A DNA stretch of 64,000 bases, taken from positions 92,318,001 to 92,382,000 of the forward strand of contig NC_043000.1 of assembly GCF_006345805.1 (NCBI RefSeq), read 5' to 3'. The position numbers were made by a program, and so were the translations under genes. The notes beneath the pieces are model-generated. The model did not search any database, was not told where the DNA came from, and was given only the letters and a program-made list of their open reading frames with translations. The stretch is from Octopus sinensis (Eukaryota). Shown here one piece after another: positions 40,599 to 53,760 of the stretch. Within the stretch, counting starts at the first letter, position 1. Each line of letters opens with the position of its first letter.

Positions 40599-41811
40599 CA
40601 GGGAGAAAAACTAGAAATAGTTGATAGTTTCCGTTACCTAGGTGACCAAGTCAGCAGCGGGGGTGGGTGTGCTGAAAGTGTAACTGCTAGAGTAAGAATA
40701 GCTTGGGCAAAGTTCAGAGAGCTCTTACCTCTGCTGGTGACAAAAGGCCTCTCGCACAGAGTGAAAGGCAGACTGTATGATGCGTGTGTACGAACAGCCA
40801 TGCTACATGGCAGTGAAACATGGGCCGTGACTGCTGAGGATATGCGTAAGCTCGCTAGAAATGAAGCCAGTATGCTCCGATGGATGTGTAATGCCGGTAC
40901 TCACACTCGGCAGAGTGTAAGTACCTTGAGAGAAAAGCTGGACCTAAGAAGCATCAGTTGTGGTGTGCAAGAGAGACGTTTGCGCTGGTATGGTCATGTG
41001 GCGAGAATGGATGAAGATAGTTGTGTGAAAAAGTGCCACACCCTAGCGGTTGAGGGAACCTGTGGAAGAGGCAGACCCAGGAAAACCTGGGACGAGGTGG
41101 TGAAGCACGACCTTCGAACTTTAGGTCTCACTAAGGAAATGACTAGAGACCGAGACCTCTGGAAGTGTGCTGTGCGCGAGAAGACCCGGCAGGACAAGTG
41201 AGTCCACAACCCGTGGCCTTCTACATGGGATGGAGCCAGCCTACGTATGCATACCTTCCCTTCTTGGGACACAAAACTCTACTTGTGAAGACGTGTTGAG
41301 GCAAGTGAGGATCAGAATCGAAATCGATCAATGGAAATTGCGGATGTGCTACCAGTGCCGGTGGCATGTCGAAACTCTGCTTGTGAAGACCCATTGAGGC
41401 AAGTGAGGATCAGAACCGAAATCGATCAATGGAAATCGATCAATGGAAATTGCAGATGTGTTACCAGTGCCGGTGGCATGTAAGAGAACTTTCCGTTTCG
41501 CGACCGTTGCCAGCACCGCCCCGTTTCGTGTCCGTTGCCAGCCTCGCCTGGCCCTCGTGCCGGTGGCACATAAAAAGCACCATCCGTTCGTGGCCGTTTG
41601 CCAGCTCTGTCTGGCACCAGTGCGGGTGGCACGTAAAAAGCACCCACTACACTCACGGAGTGGTTGGCGTTAGGAAGGGCATCCAGCCGTAGAAACACTG
41701 CCAGATTTGACTGGGCCTGATGAAGCCTTCTGGCTTCACAGACCCCAGTAGAACCGTCCAACCCATGCTAGCATGGAAAACGGACGCTAAATGATGATGA
41801 TGATGATGATG
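40599..41811 (+). mobile_element. 5'-truncated young RTE-clade LINE: 200-aa uninterrupted ORF C-terminus (40599-41201) plus 3' UTR and (GAT)n tail
   Basis: [68 protein letters not shown] are characteristic RTE post-RT motifs. CpG-rich and free of stops. Confidence 0.95.
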
Positions 41812-42096
41812 ACACACATATTTGTATGTATTTTTGTGTCTGTGTTTGTCCCCCACCCTATTGCTTGGCAACTGATATTGATGTGTTTATGTCCCCATAA
41901 CTTGGCAGTTCAGCAAAAGAGCCCAATGAAACAAGTACTAGGTTTACAAAGAATAAGCTCTGGGGTAGATTTGTTTGACTAAAGATAGTGCACCAGCATG
42001 GCCACAGTCAAAATGACTGAAATAAGTAAAAGAATAAAAGAATATATACTGATCCTCCCACACCAATTCACAAGCATGTTTCATATATGTGTGTTC

Positions 42097-42127
<31 letters not shown>

Positions 42128-42755
42128 ATATATATACATACATACATATACATATATGTCATCATCATTGAAAACGGACGTTAAACGATGATGATGATGA
42201 TATATATGTATGTATATATAAATATATATATATATATGTATGTATGTATGTACACACTCATACACAAACACACACACACATGCACATACATATATCTATA
42301 CACACACAGACACACACACACACATATATAATGTCTATGTATGTATACATACATACATACACACATATAGAGACACATACACCCACACATACATATACGC
42401 ACATGGCTACAGACACACAAACAATGAAATATATACAACCAAACACTGATGCCTATGAGGCTACTTAAAAAAACCATCTAAAAACAAAGTAAAATGACCG
42501 TTATTTACTCTTCCAGACATTCAGAAACACCACACCCCTTTATATATCATATATATATATATAGTATGTTTGTGTGTGTGTGTGTATTGATTTGTATATC
42601 TCTGCATATTCTATGTACACTTACAGATGCGTGCTCACACACACAGATATCTATGCATGTGCCTATGTGCATATGAATGTGTGTATCTGAAGACATACAT
42701 ATATATATATATAGTTGCATGCACACACACACATGCATATATATGTATACATATA

Positions 42756-42759
<4 letters not shown>

Positions 42760-42812
<53 letters not shown>

Positions 42813-42897
42813 ATATATATGTACATATATATATATAATATATATTATATATATATATAATATATATATATATGTACATATATATATATATATATAG

Positions 42898-42928
<31 letters not shown>

Positions 42929-42942
42929 ATATATTATATATA

Positions 42943-42994
<52 letters not shown>

Positions 42995-42995
42995 G

Positions 42996-43041
<46 letters not shown>

Positions 43042-43065
43042 ATATATATATATAATATATATATA

Positions 43066-43134
<69 letters not shown>

Positions 43135-43185
43135 CATATATATTATATATATATATCTATATATATATATATATATATATATATG
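42760..43185. repeat. Long (TA)n microsatellite (~430 bp, imperfect)
   Basis: Directly visible. Confidence 0.95.
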
Positions 43186-43655
43186 CAAACACACACACAT
43201 GTTTGTATGTATATATTTATGTATCTATGTTTCTATGTACATATTAGCCATATAATTCATAGGCTGTTTATATATCCATAGATTTATAGTTATAAATGAG
43301 ACTTTAATAGACACAAATCATTTATTCTTACCTCAAAATCTTGAATTTCTATGATGTGTAATATATAAAAGTCATAATGACAATTATATCAAAAATACTT
43401 AAAACCAAAAAAGAAAAAAAAAACGGAAAAAATAGAAAACTAAAACGTAACAACAATAGCAAGAACAATATAACATTTAGAACTTGAGAATAAAAGTAAA
43501 CAGTGGAACAAAAATATATAGCAAAATAATAATAAAATCACTCATAATATCTGATATTAACTTTATAACTATTTTCTTAAATATTTTGACTTACATTTCA
43601 TGATATGCTATGTAGAAAAATAAATGGTGTCAGATGAACGTACACTGAACATATA

Positions 43656-44069
43656 CTCTTACTCTTTACTCTTTACTCTTTTACTTGTTTCAGTCATTTG
43701 ACTGCGGCTTTGCTGGAGCACCGCCTTTAGTCGAGCAAATCGACCCCGGGACTTATTCTTTGTAAGCCCAGTACTTATTCTATCGGTCTCTTTTGCCGAA
43801 CCGCTAAGTTACGGGGACGTAAACACACCAGCATCGGTTGTCAAGCAATGCTAAGGGGACAAACACAGACATACAAACATATACACATGTATATATATAC
43901 ATATATACGACAGGCTTCTTTCAGTTTCCATCTACCAAATCCACTCACAAGGCATTGGTCAGCCCGGGGCTATAGCAGAAGACACTTGCCCAAGATGCCA
44001 CACAGTGGGACTGAACCCGGAACCATGTGGTTGGTTAGCAAGCTACTTACCACACAGCCACTCCTGCGC

Positions 44070-44070
<1 letters not shown>
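43656..44070 (-). mobile_element. Full-length SINE family A
   Basis: Minus strand: GGCGCAGGAGTGGCTGTGTGG (A box)...GGGTTCAGTCCC (B box), CORE-like CTTGGGCAAGTG, internal (TA/TG)n, (GAGTAAA)n tail; CpGs retained. Confidence 0.92.
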
Positions 44071-44101
<31 letters not shown>

Positions 44102-44104
44102 TTT

Positions 44105-44470
44105 TATTTTTTTACGTGTTTCAGTCTTACTGACAGCGGCCATGCTGGAGCACCACCTGGAAGTGTTTTAGTTGAACAGATTGATCCCAGGACTTATTTC
44201 TTTAAACCTAGTATTTATCTTATTGGTCCCTTTAGCTGAACTGCTAAGTTACGGGGGATGTAAACACAATAAAACTAGTTGTCAAGCAGTGACCAGTGGA
44301 GGGAGGACAAACACAAAGGCACATACATAGATATATGCTTATGTATGTATACGATGGTCTACTTTCAGTTTCCGTCTACCAAATCCACTCACAATTCTTT
44401 GGTCGACCCAAGGTTATAGTAGAAGACCTTCGCTTAATGTGTCACTCAGTAAGACTGAACCTGGGACCAT
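44105..44470 (-). mobile_element. SINE family A copy (5'-truncated)
   Basis: Matches the adjacent full-length copy. Confidence 0.85.
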
Positions 44471-44667
44471 GTATATATATATATATATATATATATTTAT
44501 TTAGGATTAAATAAAAAGACGACAAATGGAAAACATGACATACCTGTGTATATATATATATATATATATATAATTGAAAAGAAACATGTTGTAAATAATC
44601 ATACAAACACACACTAAATACACAGATGATTGGGAAGCACATGCACGTACACACGCACACACACACA

Positions 44668-44863
44668 CAAGTAAACACATAAATGCAAAACAAGATGAAA
44701 AAAATAGTACTCAAATACCAAAGGCAGAGTAATACGCTTTTTTATCAAAGGTGTAAAAACATCACAAATACTGCTATCCAGAGTTTCACAACTGCTTGAT
44801 GAACGGGAATGTGAAACTCTGAGTATTAGTTTTTGTAATGTTTTCACAGCTTTAATAAGAAAG
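44668..44863. mobile_element. Penelope-like inverted pseudo-LTR remnant, same family as 59510-59722
   Basis: AGTACTCAAATACCAAAGGCAGAGTAATACGCTTT is the reverse complement of the 59647-59681 tail. Core (T)TGATGA-ACG-GGAA-TGT-GAAA-CTCTGAG-TA at 44796-44825, with a fold-back arrangement. Confidence 0.7.
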
Positions 44864-44877
44864 TATATATATATATA

Positions 44878-45048
44878 GGCGTAGGAGTGGCTGTGTGGTA
44901 AGTAGCTTGCTTATGAACCACATGGTTCCAGGTTCAGCCCCACTGCGTGACACCTTGGGAAAGTGTCTTCTACCATAGCCTTGGGCTGACCAAAGCCTTG
45001 TGAGTGGATTTGGTAGATGGAAACTGAAAGAAGCCCATCATATATATG

Positions 45049-45098
<50 letters not shown>

Positions 45099-45331
45099 TA
45101 TATATATGTGTGTGTATGTGTATATGTTTGTGTGTCTGTGTTTGTCCCCCCAATATCACTTGACAACCGATGCTGGTGTGTTTACGTCCCTGTAACTTAG
45201 CAGTTCAGCAAAAGAGACCGATAGAATAAGTACTAATTTTACAAAGAATAAGTCCTTGAGTCAGTTTGCTTGACTAAAGGCGTGCTCCAGCATGGCCACA
45301 GTCAAATGACTGAAACAAGTAAAAAAGTAAA

Positions 45332-45334
<3 letters not shown>
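44878..45334 (+). mobile_element. Full-length SINE family A
   Basis: GGCGTAGGAGTGGCTGTGTGG...GGTTCAGCCC head through the CTGAAACAAGTAAA tail. Confidence 0.92.
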
Positions 45335-45402
<68 letters not shown>

Positions 45403-46393
45403 TTATATATATATATGTATGTATGTATATATACATACACATACATGTATATGTAAATGTACATGTATATACATACACCCACAAAGCAGTAGAGAAAGAT
45501 AGATACATATGCATAAGCATAAATATACATATATATAAACACCCACACATACACACATCTACAAATATACACATGTACAGACATTCATATCTATATGCAC
45601 TTCATACACAAGCATTTTTATGATCTGTGTCTGTATTCTAGGTCTTTAATTCTATGCCAGTTTAATCGCTCTCGTTGTCTATATAAAAACCATGTTTGAT
45701 TAATATGACTCTATTATCTAGTAATTCCCTCTCTACTGAATACACAAAAGATTCTGTCCAAGATCGCAGAATGACTATTTCTATAAATCAAGCAGACTCT
45801 GTTATAGTAGATATTCCTTTTTATTTTGCAGTTTTTTTATATTGATATGGATATTTTTTTATCTTGATACATTTTGTGTTTTTGTTTATATATTGTTCTG
45901 TTCATTTTTCCCTATAATTCTGCATACATACGTACTCACATACATACATACACAGCAACAAACATGCTCAAAAATACACAAAAACACAGAAGTGTACCTG
46001 TGTATGTGTTTATATGCATGCGTGTATGCTTATATATATATATATGTATGTTCATATATATGTATATATGAATACATATATAAACTCATATCAAATATTC
46101 TTTTAGGACAGCTACTTCCTACTACCTACTACCTTCAAAAGGGTAAAAAAGAGAGATGGAGCCAGAAAAAAGGAAAACGTCCCTTGAATTTGAAAACTAC
46201 AGACATATTTTTAAAAACCATTTCATTTAATTTTTCCACAATTTAATTGTTTTTTTATGCTAAGTTAATTGGTGAAAGAAATTCAAAGTTGAAAAAGTTG
46301 CAAAGACTGAAACTGGTGCTAAAATATTTTTCATGATAAAATTATTTTAGCATTTTCTACCTTTTTTATCTTCCTTATATATATATATATATA

Positions 46394-46630
46394 TGATGAC
46401 AATGATGATGAAAACCATGATGATGGCAATAATGATGACGATGATGGTGATGATGACAATGATGATGATAATGACGATAATGAAGATGACTGCAATTATG
46501 ATAATGATGATGGTGGTGATGAAAATGATGATGGTAATAATGGTGACAATGCTGAATAACAATGACAGTAATAATTAAAATGATAATTATGATGACAACA
46601 ACTATGTTGATGAGGTCAACGATGATGATT
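46394..46630. repeat. Degenerate (GAT/ATG)n trinucleotide region
   Basis: Directly visible; produces the poly-Met and poly-His ORFs. Confidence 0.9.
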
Positions 46631-47702
46631 CTATTTGTTATAGGATATTTTTGCATTGCAATGTTTTTGTTGTTTTTCTTTTTGCCCATGCTGTAAACTA
46701 ATGTGAAATCTTTCTTTTATTTGATGTTGCTATTTTTAATCGTGTCGTTCCTTCTCATGGATAATCGTCACGTTTATCTTTCTTATTCATTGAGACAGAG
46801 TCCAGCAGTATTTTAAATCCGTTAATACAACATAAAAAAATAAATAACTGAATTAAAAAAATTTGTTTTCTTATGTTTGTTTCTTTGATTTCTTTACTAA
46901 GAATTTCAAACCCATGTTTAGTCCTTTGTTTTTTATCAGATATACCTTGATTTTTATTATTTTTTATACATTAAAAAAAAATTTAACCAAAATTTTCTTT
47001 ATTTCTCACATTCAGTTTTTGTACTTCACCTTCATAAGGAATTCAGCCTCTACACAGAATATAGAGATTGATTTTATTTATTTTTATTTCATTTTATTAT
47101 ATTTTTATTTTTTATTTATTTTTTGTTATTTTTATTTTTATAATTTTTTATTTCTATAATTTTTTAATTTTATTATTATTAATTGTTATTTTATTACCTT
47201 TATTTTATTATTTTTATTCTATATTTATTTTTATTTATTTGTATTTTTATTATTTTTCATTTTATTGTTTTTATTTTTATTATCTTATTACCTTTACCTT
47301 TATTATTTTTATTTTATATTTATTTTTATTTATTTTCTATTCTAATTGAGTCATCGGTCTTTAGCTCATTTTTCTTTGACTGACAACTACAATATCAAGA
47401 CATCAATGCAGTGCTTGCAATAATTGTTAAAGATGCTACATACAAACCCTTAAGGGTTAACTGTTAGTTAAGCAGTTCTTTTATGCTGCTTTGATTTCCG
47501 ATGATTAATGAATGAATAATAATTAATGTAACAAATAACTAAAAAAACAGAAATTAATATATAAATAAGATTAAATTGAAATGCAAAATAACAATCATAA
47601 TTTGGAAAAAAAAATGGAAAATCAGAAAAAGAAAAGAAACAAATTGAAATGTCATCATTAAATTTTAAAACATAATAACCAAACTAATTAATAAATAGTA
47701 TG

Positions 47703-47757
<55 letters not shown>

Positions 47758-47789
47758 GAATCCTTGAACTAATGGAGGAGCCTCTATAT

Positions 47790-48370
47790 TGTTGCATGAA
47801 CTGCTAGAAATAGCAGCTAAGTTTCCTTCATATCATACCAACTCTTCTTAAATAAAGAAAGAACACATTAAATAATGTAGTCCTAGATACTCTTAAACAG
47901 ATGGAGTGGTCTTGATTGGATTGTGTTTGATCATAGGTCTGTTTCTTAGTTAAATGGAATAAATAAGGAAGGGAATAAACTACTGAAGATGTCTATGTGG
48001 TTACTTGAGTTGAAAATTATATCCTCACTGTCTCAAAAAAAAAAAAAGGATACATTAGTTAAAGTAGTTTGGAAAAAATGCAGGATGGTCATGATTGGAA
48101 TATCTTTGATCATAGATTTGCTCACTACTTATTCAAGACTGGGATCAAACAACAAGCCAGGTGTAACCAAGCTAACTACAAAATTTTACATCTTTAAGTG
48201 GTTGTTAATTGTGCTAGAAATAGCAGCAAAATATCTTTCAGATCATATCCTGCCACCTTAAAAAGAGTAAGGCCACAATGGATAATTTAGTCCTACATAC
48301 ATGGGTTGAATATCTTTTGTCATAAATCTGCTTGATGAGGTTTGACTGAGGCAAAGCAACATCAACAAAA
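47790..48370 (+). repeat. Three diverged tandem ~200-bp units of an interspersed repeat with an (AAC)n-type tail (family F)
   Basis: TGCTAGAAATAGCAGC..AA / ATAATGTAGTCCTA / GATGGTCATG..TGGAAT..CTTTGATCATAG recur at ~47790, ~47995 and ~48198. Related pieces occur at 5700-5800 and 34375-34650. Confidence 0.65.
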
Positions 48371-49608
48371 CTTAAGTATCAGCAAAAGCAGAGAAAACTT
48401 CAAGGCATTCAGTAGTAATTGATTCACACTAAGTTTGACCTAAACTGCCATATCAGGTTATGTTTGCAAACACATCTTCAGTGTTCAACACTAGACATGT
48501 GAATTCTTTCTAAGCAGTAAACTGGCTGCTAATGTGTACCACAGAATCATCTTAGAAGAGAACAGCAGAAATTGTTCACTGACCACAAAAATAGTGATAA
48601 ATAATATCACTATAATGAACTCAAAATCATAATGAAACATGATGATGGAAGTTAATTGCAATCAGTCATTCCAACAGCAGCCATGAATAAAGATTGGGCC
48701 AACTAGTTTCAGCTTCCATTAAAACCTCTTCAGGATTTATAACATTTTCTCAGCATTTAAAAAAATTTTTATTTTTCTGTAAGAAGTGGATTGTACCCAT
48801 GACCCTATACAGTACTTCTTAGAGTGGTAGTAGGGAGAGTGTAATGTATCCTCAAACAGGAGACAGTCTGAATGCTTGCCGTAAAGTGAACTCTGTTAAA
48901 GTCACCCAATGTGCCACATGATAATGATAAACTGGGTGATGAATAAAGTCCATCAATCATGTAGGCAATGGTGGGATTTGAACTCGAAACCCAAAGAGGT
49001 GGAACAAATACTGCAAGGCATTCAGCCTGGCATCCTTAAATTTCCATTGATTCACTCTTCTATATCAGTACTTTATTATTGTCTCCAAAAAACAAGAAGG
49101 GAAGACAAACCTGACTTCAATAAGATTTGAACCTGCAATGCAGAGATTCAGAGCAAAAAGAAAGCAAGGAGAATGTAAATGAATGCTGATGAAGTTTTAA
49201 TGAAAGCTGAAGCACAAAGTTAATAGCATCACTAGTTTTAATGTCATATTTTGTTTACAATACCTCCACAACAAATGAAATAATTTTTCAGTTATTATGT
49301 CACATGACAATCAGATCCACTACTAATCGTTACTGTGATGTTTTAGCTCTTAGACAGCCTCAAGTGAATAGACCTGTAATCATAGACGTTCCAACTATAA
49401 CCACCTTGTCTTATATTTTCAGTATTGCTTGTCCATCAGGGACTCTGCCCCATCAACCTTCTTCTCCCATCTAAATCTTATTCCCTAACACCTAAAAAGC
49501 CCTAGTGATGGTCCCACATAAAAAGCACTGTTGATGGTGCCATATACAGGCAACTAGTACATTCTGTAAAGTGGTTGGCATTAGGAAGGGCATCCAGCTG
49601 TAGAAATC

Positions 49609-49821
49609 TTCTCTACATTAGGCACAAGACCCAGAATTTTTGGGGAAGGGGTCAGTCGATTTGATCAACTCCAGTACACAACTGATACTTAATTTATTGA
49701 CACTGAAAGGATGAAAGGCAAAATCGACCTCAGCAGGATTTGAACTCAGAACGTAAAGACAGACGAAATACTGCTAAGCATTTCACCCAGTGTGCTAACG
49801 ATTCTGCCAGCTTGCTACCTT
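49609..49821 (-). mobile_element. Full-length SINE family B with a 17-bp TSD, inserted into an RTE 3' UTR copy (49510-49990)
   Basis: Direct repeat ATCCAGCTGTAGAAATC at 49592-49608 and 49822-49838. Confidence 0.9.
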
Positions 49822-51183
49822 ATCCAGCTGTAGAAATCAAACCAAAACAGACTAAGGAACCTTGATGTGGCTCCTGGCTTTGCCAGCTCCTCTCAAACCA
49901 TCCAGCTCATGCCAGCATAGAAAATAGACATTAAATAATTATGATGATGATGACGATGATAATGATGATGATGATGATGATGATGACAATAGTGACAATG
50001 ACAATGATGACAATGATGATTCTTCCTTGAACTTCATTGTCCAGATGGTACCTGCTTTTAAGACAATGTATTGTTAATGAGCATGACAGGTGTTAGTGAG
50101 TACTAGTTGTTGGGCATTAGTGAGTTTAATAACAAATTACTTATGAGTGATTACTGGATATGGTTATTAGTGAGTATGACATTAGGATAATTGGAAGGAT
50201 GTTTGCTTGTTATTTCTAGTAGATTAAGTAACCACGTGAAGACTACTTCATTTGCTCACATCACACTAATTAGGTCACTAAGGCATGCATTCTTTTCTTT
50301 AGTCTGCCCAAGTGTTTTTATTAATTTCAGCAGCTGCCCCACCCCCACCTGTGGATGATGATTACTTCATGTCCATAGCAAATATATATCTATTATCTCC
50401 AAAATCATCAAAACAATATGGGTTTAGAAATAGGGAATTATAACTCATAAGAAAAGAAGCATTTTTGAAAATTTCAGCATTCAAAAACTGAAAAGCATAT
50501 TCATACAAATAAGCAGAAAACTTCTGAAAGAAGTCACTATGACAACATTTGTGCTCTGATGCCTTTTTTTTTTAGGTCCTCTGTGTGTGTGTAGTGGGGT
50601 GGGGTGGGGAGTTGTTTCTCATCTGATATCCTCTCATAGTAACACATCCAAAATGCTCTTCCATGAAACTGTCACAGAATGCAAAAAGTTCTTTCTGATG
50701 TTCTTTCTTGCACAACTTGCACTTCATAATGACATTGTGTATATCTCAATACATACATACATACATACATACATACATACATACATACAATGCATATATA
50801 TATATATATATATATAATATATATATATATATAATGTTTAGTTGTTGTATCATTGTCTTTGATTTCTCCATTGATGGACCTCAACTATTCATTTATTTTT
50901 CCTTTGCATCCATATTTAGAAATTCATACTCAAAAACCGTAATCATCGAATTCAAAATAACTTACTACTTCCATTTTTTCGGCTAGTAGCAGCAGCAGCA
51001 GCAACAGTAGCAGCAGCAGCAGCAGCAATAGTAGTAGTAGTAGTTGTTGTTGTTGCTTGGCAAATTTTGTGCTTTATAAAAGTTTTTCACACCAATGAAA
51101 TATAGAAGATAAGGGGGCAGGGGAATGTGAATATAAAGAAATACACAAATAAATCAAAAATAAATATCACAAGATATGTATAT

Positions 51184-51251
<68 letters not shown>

Positions 51252-52689
51252 GAAAAAATATTGCTGTCAAATGGATTTAACAACAAAAACAACAATATCA
51301 ACTATAACTACAACACCAAGCAAGGTATAAACAACATTTCTAATGTCCCCTACCTACGTCAACTTCCCACCGCCTGTTACATTAGTCTCTGAATGTGACA
51401 TGTTTTATATTATTTATCTTTCGTAAAAGATTAATTCTAGCGATTCTCTCTCTCTCTCTCATGCTTTAGCATATGACTTCTGTCAGATGTGATGACCAAG
51501 ACACCTCAATATGGCTAAAATGCTAAAATGTTGCTGTTTGAGACACCTTGTCCAAAGAACTACTTTTACCAAAAATAAAAAAATACAATTGAAAGAAAAG
51601 TAAAAATATGTTGACTAGAACAATATTTGTTTCTTGTTCTTGCTTTATCTATGTATATTTATATTTATTTTATTTTGTTTTGTTTATTTTTCACTTTAAA
51701 ATAATTCTATAAATAACATTCATCTCATTTCAAAGATGACACACAAAAACATTGTTTGTTATTTTTTATCCCATTTTTTCTTACTGTCTTTTTTTTTCCT
51801 TTTTGTCTGGTTCCGTCTGTTACCATTCCCACTGTGTAATGCTTTGACAAAAAGATAAATAGAGTTCTGTAAGTATGCAATCATTGATGGGAAGACTCTT
51901 GTCATTGGTATTCACTCATATTTGCCAAAAAGTTCAATGCAAGGATTGGTCAAGAATACACAAGCAAACATTTTCTGCTTCTAAAAGTAGTCGTGATCAG
52001 AAAGTGCCAATCATGGATGGGAATCAATCTGCATCCTGTATTGTGAGTTCTTTGAGAAAGGCAGGTTCTTGTCTCTAAGAAAAAGAAAAGCATACTTGCA
52101 CACACATGCACATGTATGAATATGTATACATACATATATATTACATATATATATGCATATATATGTATATATATATATATATAATATATATATATATTTA
52201 CACATATATATACATGTATATATATATTTATATAGTTATATATAGTTACATATATACATATATTTAGTAATATATATATATATATATATATTTATGTAGG
52301 ACACTAAATATATGTAGGTTTGTATGTTCGTGTATCTGTATGTATGTCATTTGACATTTAAAATATATACATTACTGGTCAATGAATGACATAAAAAGAA
52401 AGCAATGAGAAAAAGTATGCAACTTAAAGTCAAATCAATGTTCGTTTTCTCAAAATACAAGCCATTTCTTTGCTATTTATTTCATTAAAGTGGAAGGGTG
52501 TGGCTGTAAGATGTAAGAGAGACAAAGGAAAATACAAGACAGAAACCTTCATCGTTGACATTTTACTTTATTGCAGACAAGAGACATGACAGCAAACTGC
52601 ATTTTTAGGTGTAAGGTGCCAGATTTTGTACCTAGCATTTGTGAGTTCAAATTCTTGTGTTCTTCAAATATGAAACGTTTTAATCTAAA

Positions 52690-53015
52690 TCACCATCATC
52701 ATCATCATCGTTTAACGTCTGCTTTCCATGCTGGCATGGATTGGACGATTTGACTGAGGGCTGGCGAACCAGATGGCTGCACCAGGCTCCAGTCTTGATC
52801 TGGCAGAGTTTCTACAGCTGGATGCCCTTCGTAATGCCAACCACTCCGAGAGTGTAGTGGGTGCTTTTATGTGCCACGGGCATGGGGGCCAGTCAGGTGG
52901 TACTGGCAACGACCTTGCTCAAATCTTTTTACACATGCCACCGGCACAGGTGCCAGTAAGGTGATGCTGGTAACGATCACGCTTGAATGGTGCCTTTTAC
53001 ATGCCACTGGCATGG
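52690..53015 (-). mobile_element. Orphan RTE-LINE 3' UTR copy
   Basis: (CAT)n GTTTAACGTC...GGATGCCCTTC...GTGCCAC repeats. Confidence 0.87.
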
Positions 53016-53171
53016 AAAAATAAAATAAGATTAAGATAAAAAAATTCTAAAATACCTAATAATTACATCAAATTTTTAAAAATTTCAAAAAATATAAATC
53101 AAAAGTTCAAAAGTTTATTTGGATGATGGTGATTAATGATGCAGAAACATGATCCAGAGACATATATCCAG

Positions 53172-53420
53172 TGAAGGTGCATGGCTCAGTGGTTAGAGCA
53201 TCAGGATCACAATCATGAGATAGTGAGTTCGATTCCTGGACTAGGCTGTATGTTGCCTTTCTCTTGGATAATATCGGTGGCATGGAGAGAGGAGCTGGTA
53301 TGCATGGGCAACTGCTGGTTTTCCATAAACATTCTTGCCTGGACTTGTGCCTCAGAAGGGAACTCTCTAGGTGCAGTCCCATGGTCATTTATAACTGAAG
53401 AAAGTCTTTAACCTTTGCTA
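53172..53420 (+). mobile_element. tRNA-derived SINE family D (internally deleted)
   Basis: TGGCTCAGTGG (A box), GAGTTCGATTCC (B box), family D tail. Confidence 0.85.
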
Positions 53421-53429
53421 TTTTACCAA

Positions 53430-53760
53430 CCATAGAACTTGATGGCACTGCAGAGTATCAAAGACCCTATCTTCTCTATCTAGAATAATGACCCAGTACT
53501 GTAACATTCTGGATTTCAAGGATTCACAATTATTCAACATTTTATCAGACAGTCTCAGAGATTTACAAGTTGCAGATTGAAGGTCTTCAAAGAGCACCTG
53601 GATAAATTTTAATCTGAGCTACCTAAAGAACCTACATCAAGGTACGAGGCACAAAGAAGAGCAGCTCTTTCCAACCCACTATTTCACCAAGTACAATGCA
53701 GGAAAGAAACTCAATCACTCAACCACTGGCTGAAAGCAGTAAAAGACAAAAGATAAAGGA
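53430..53760 (+). pseudogene. CR1-like LINE 3' end
   Basis: Degenerate frame ...QLFNILSDSLRDL...VFKEHLDKF*SELPKEP...RRAALSNPLFHQ, resembling the CR1-group C-terminus (LFN.LP..LR...FK..LD.FL..PDEP...AA.SNSL). Confidence 0.65.

Noticed and set aside
41350-41645. CRISPR-like repeat-spacer pattern (GTGCCGGTGGCA...AAAAGCACC units)
   Set aside because: The units are degenerate, irregularly spaced and lie in a eukaryotic LINE 3' UTR, with no cas genes or leader.
46393-46689. Poly-Met, poly-His and poly-Asp ORFs (also 33024-33455, 35998-36286)
   Set aside because: These are trinucleotide microsatellite translations.
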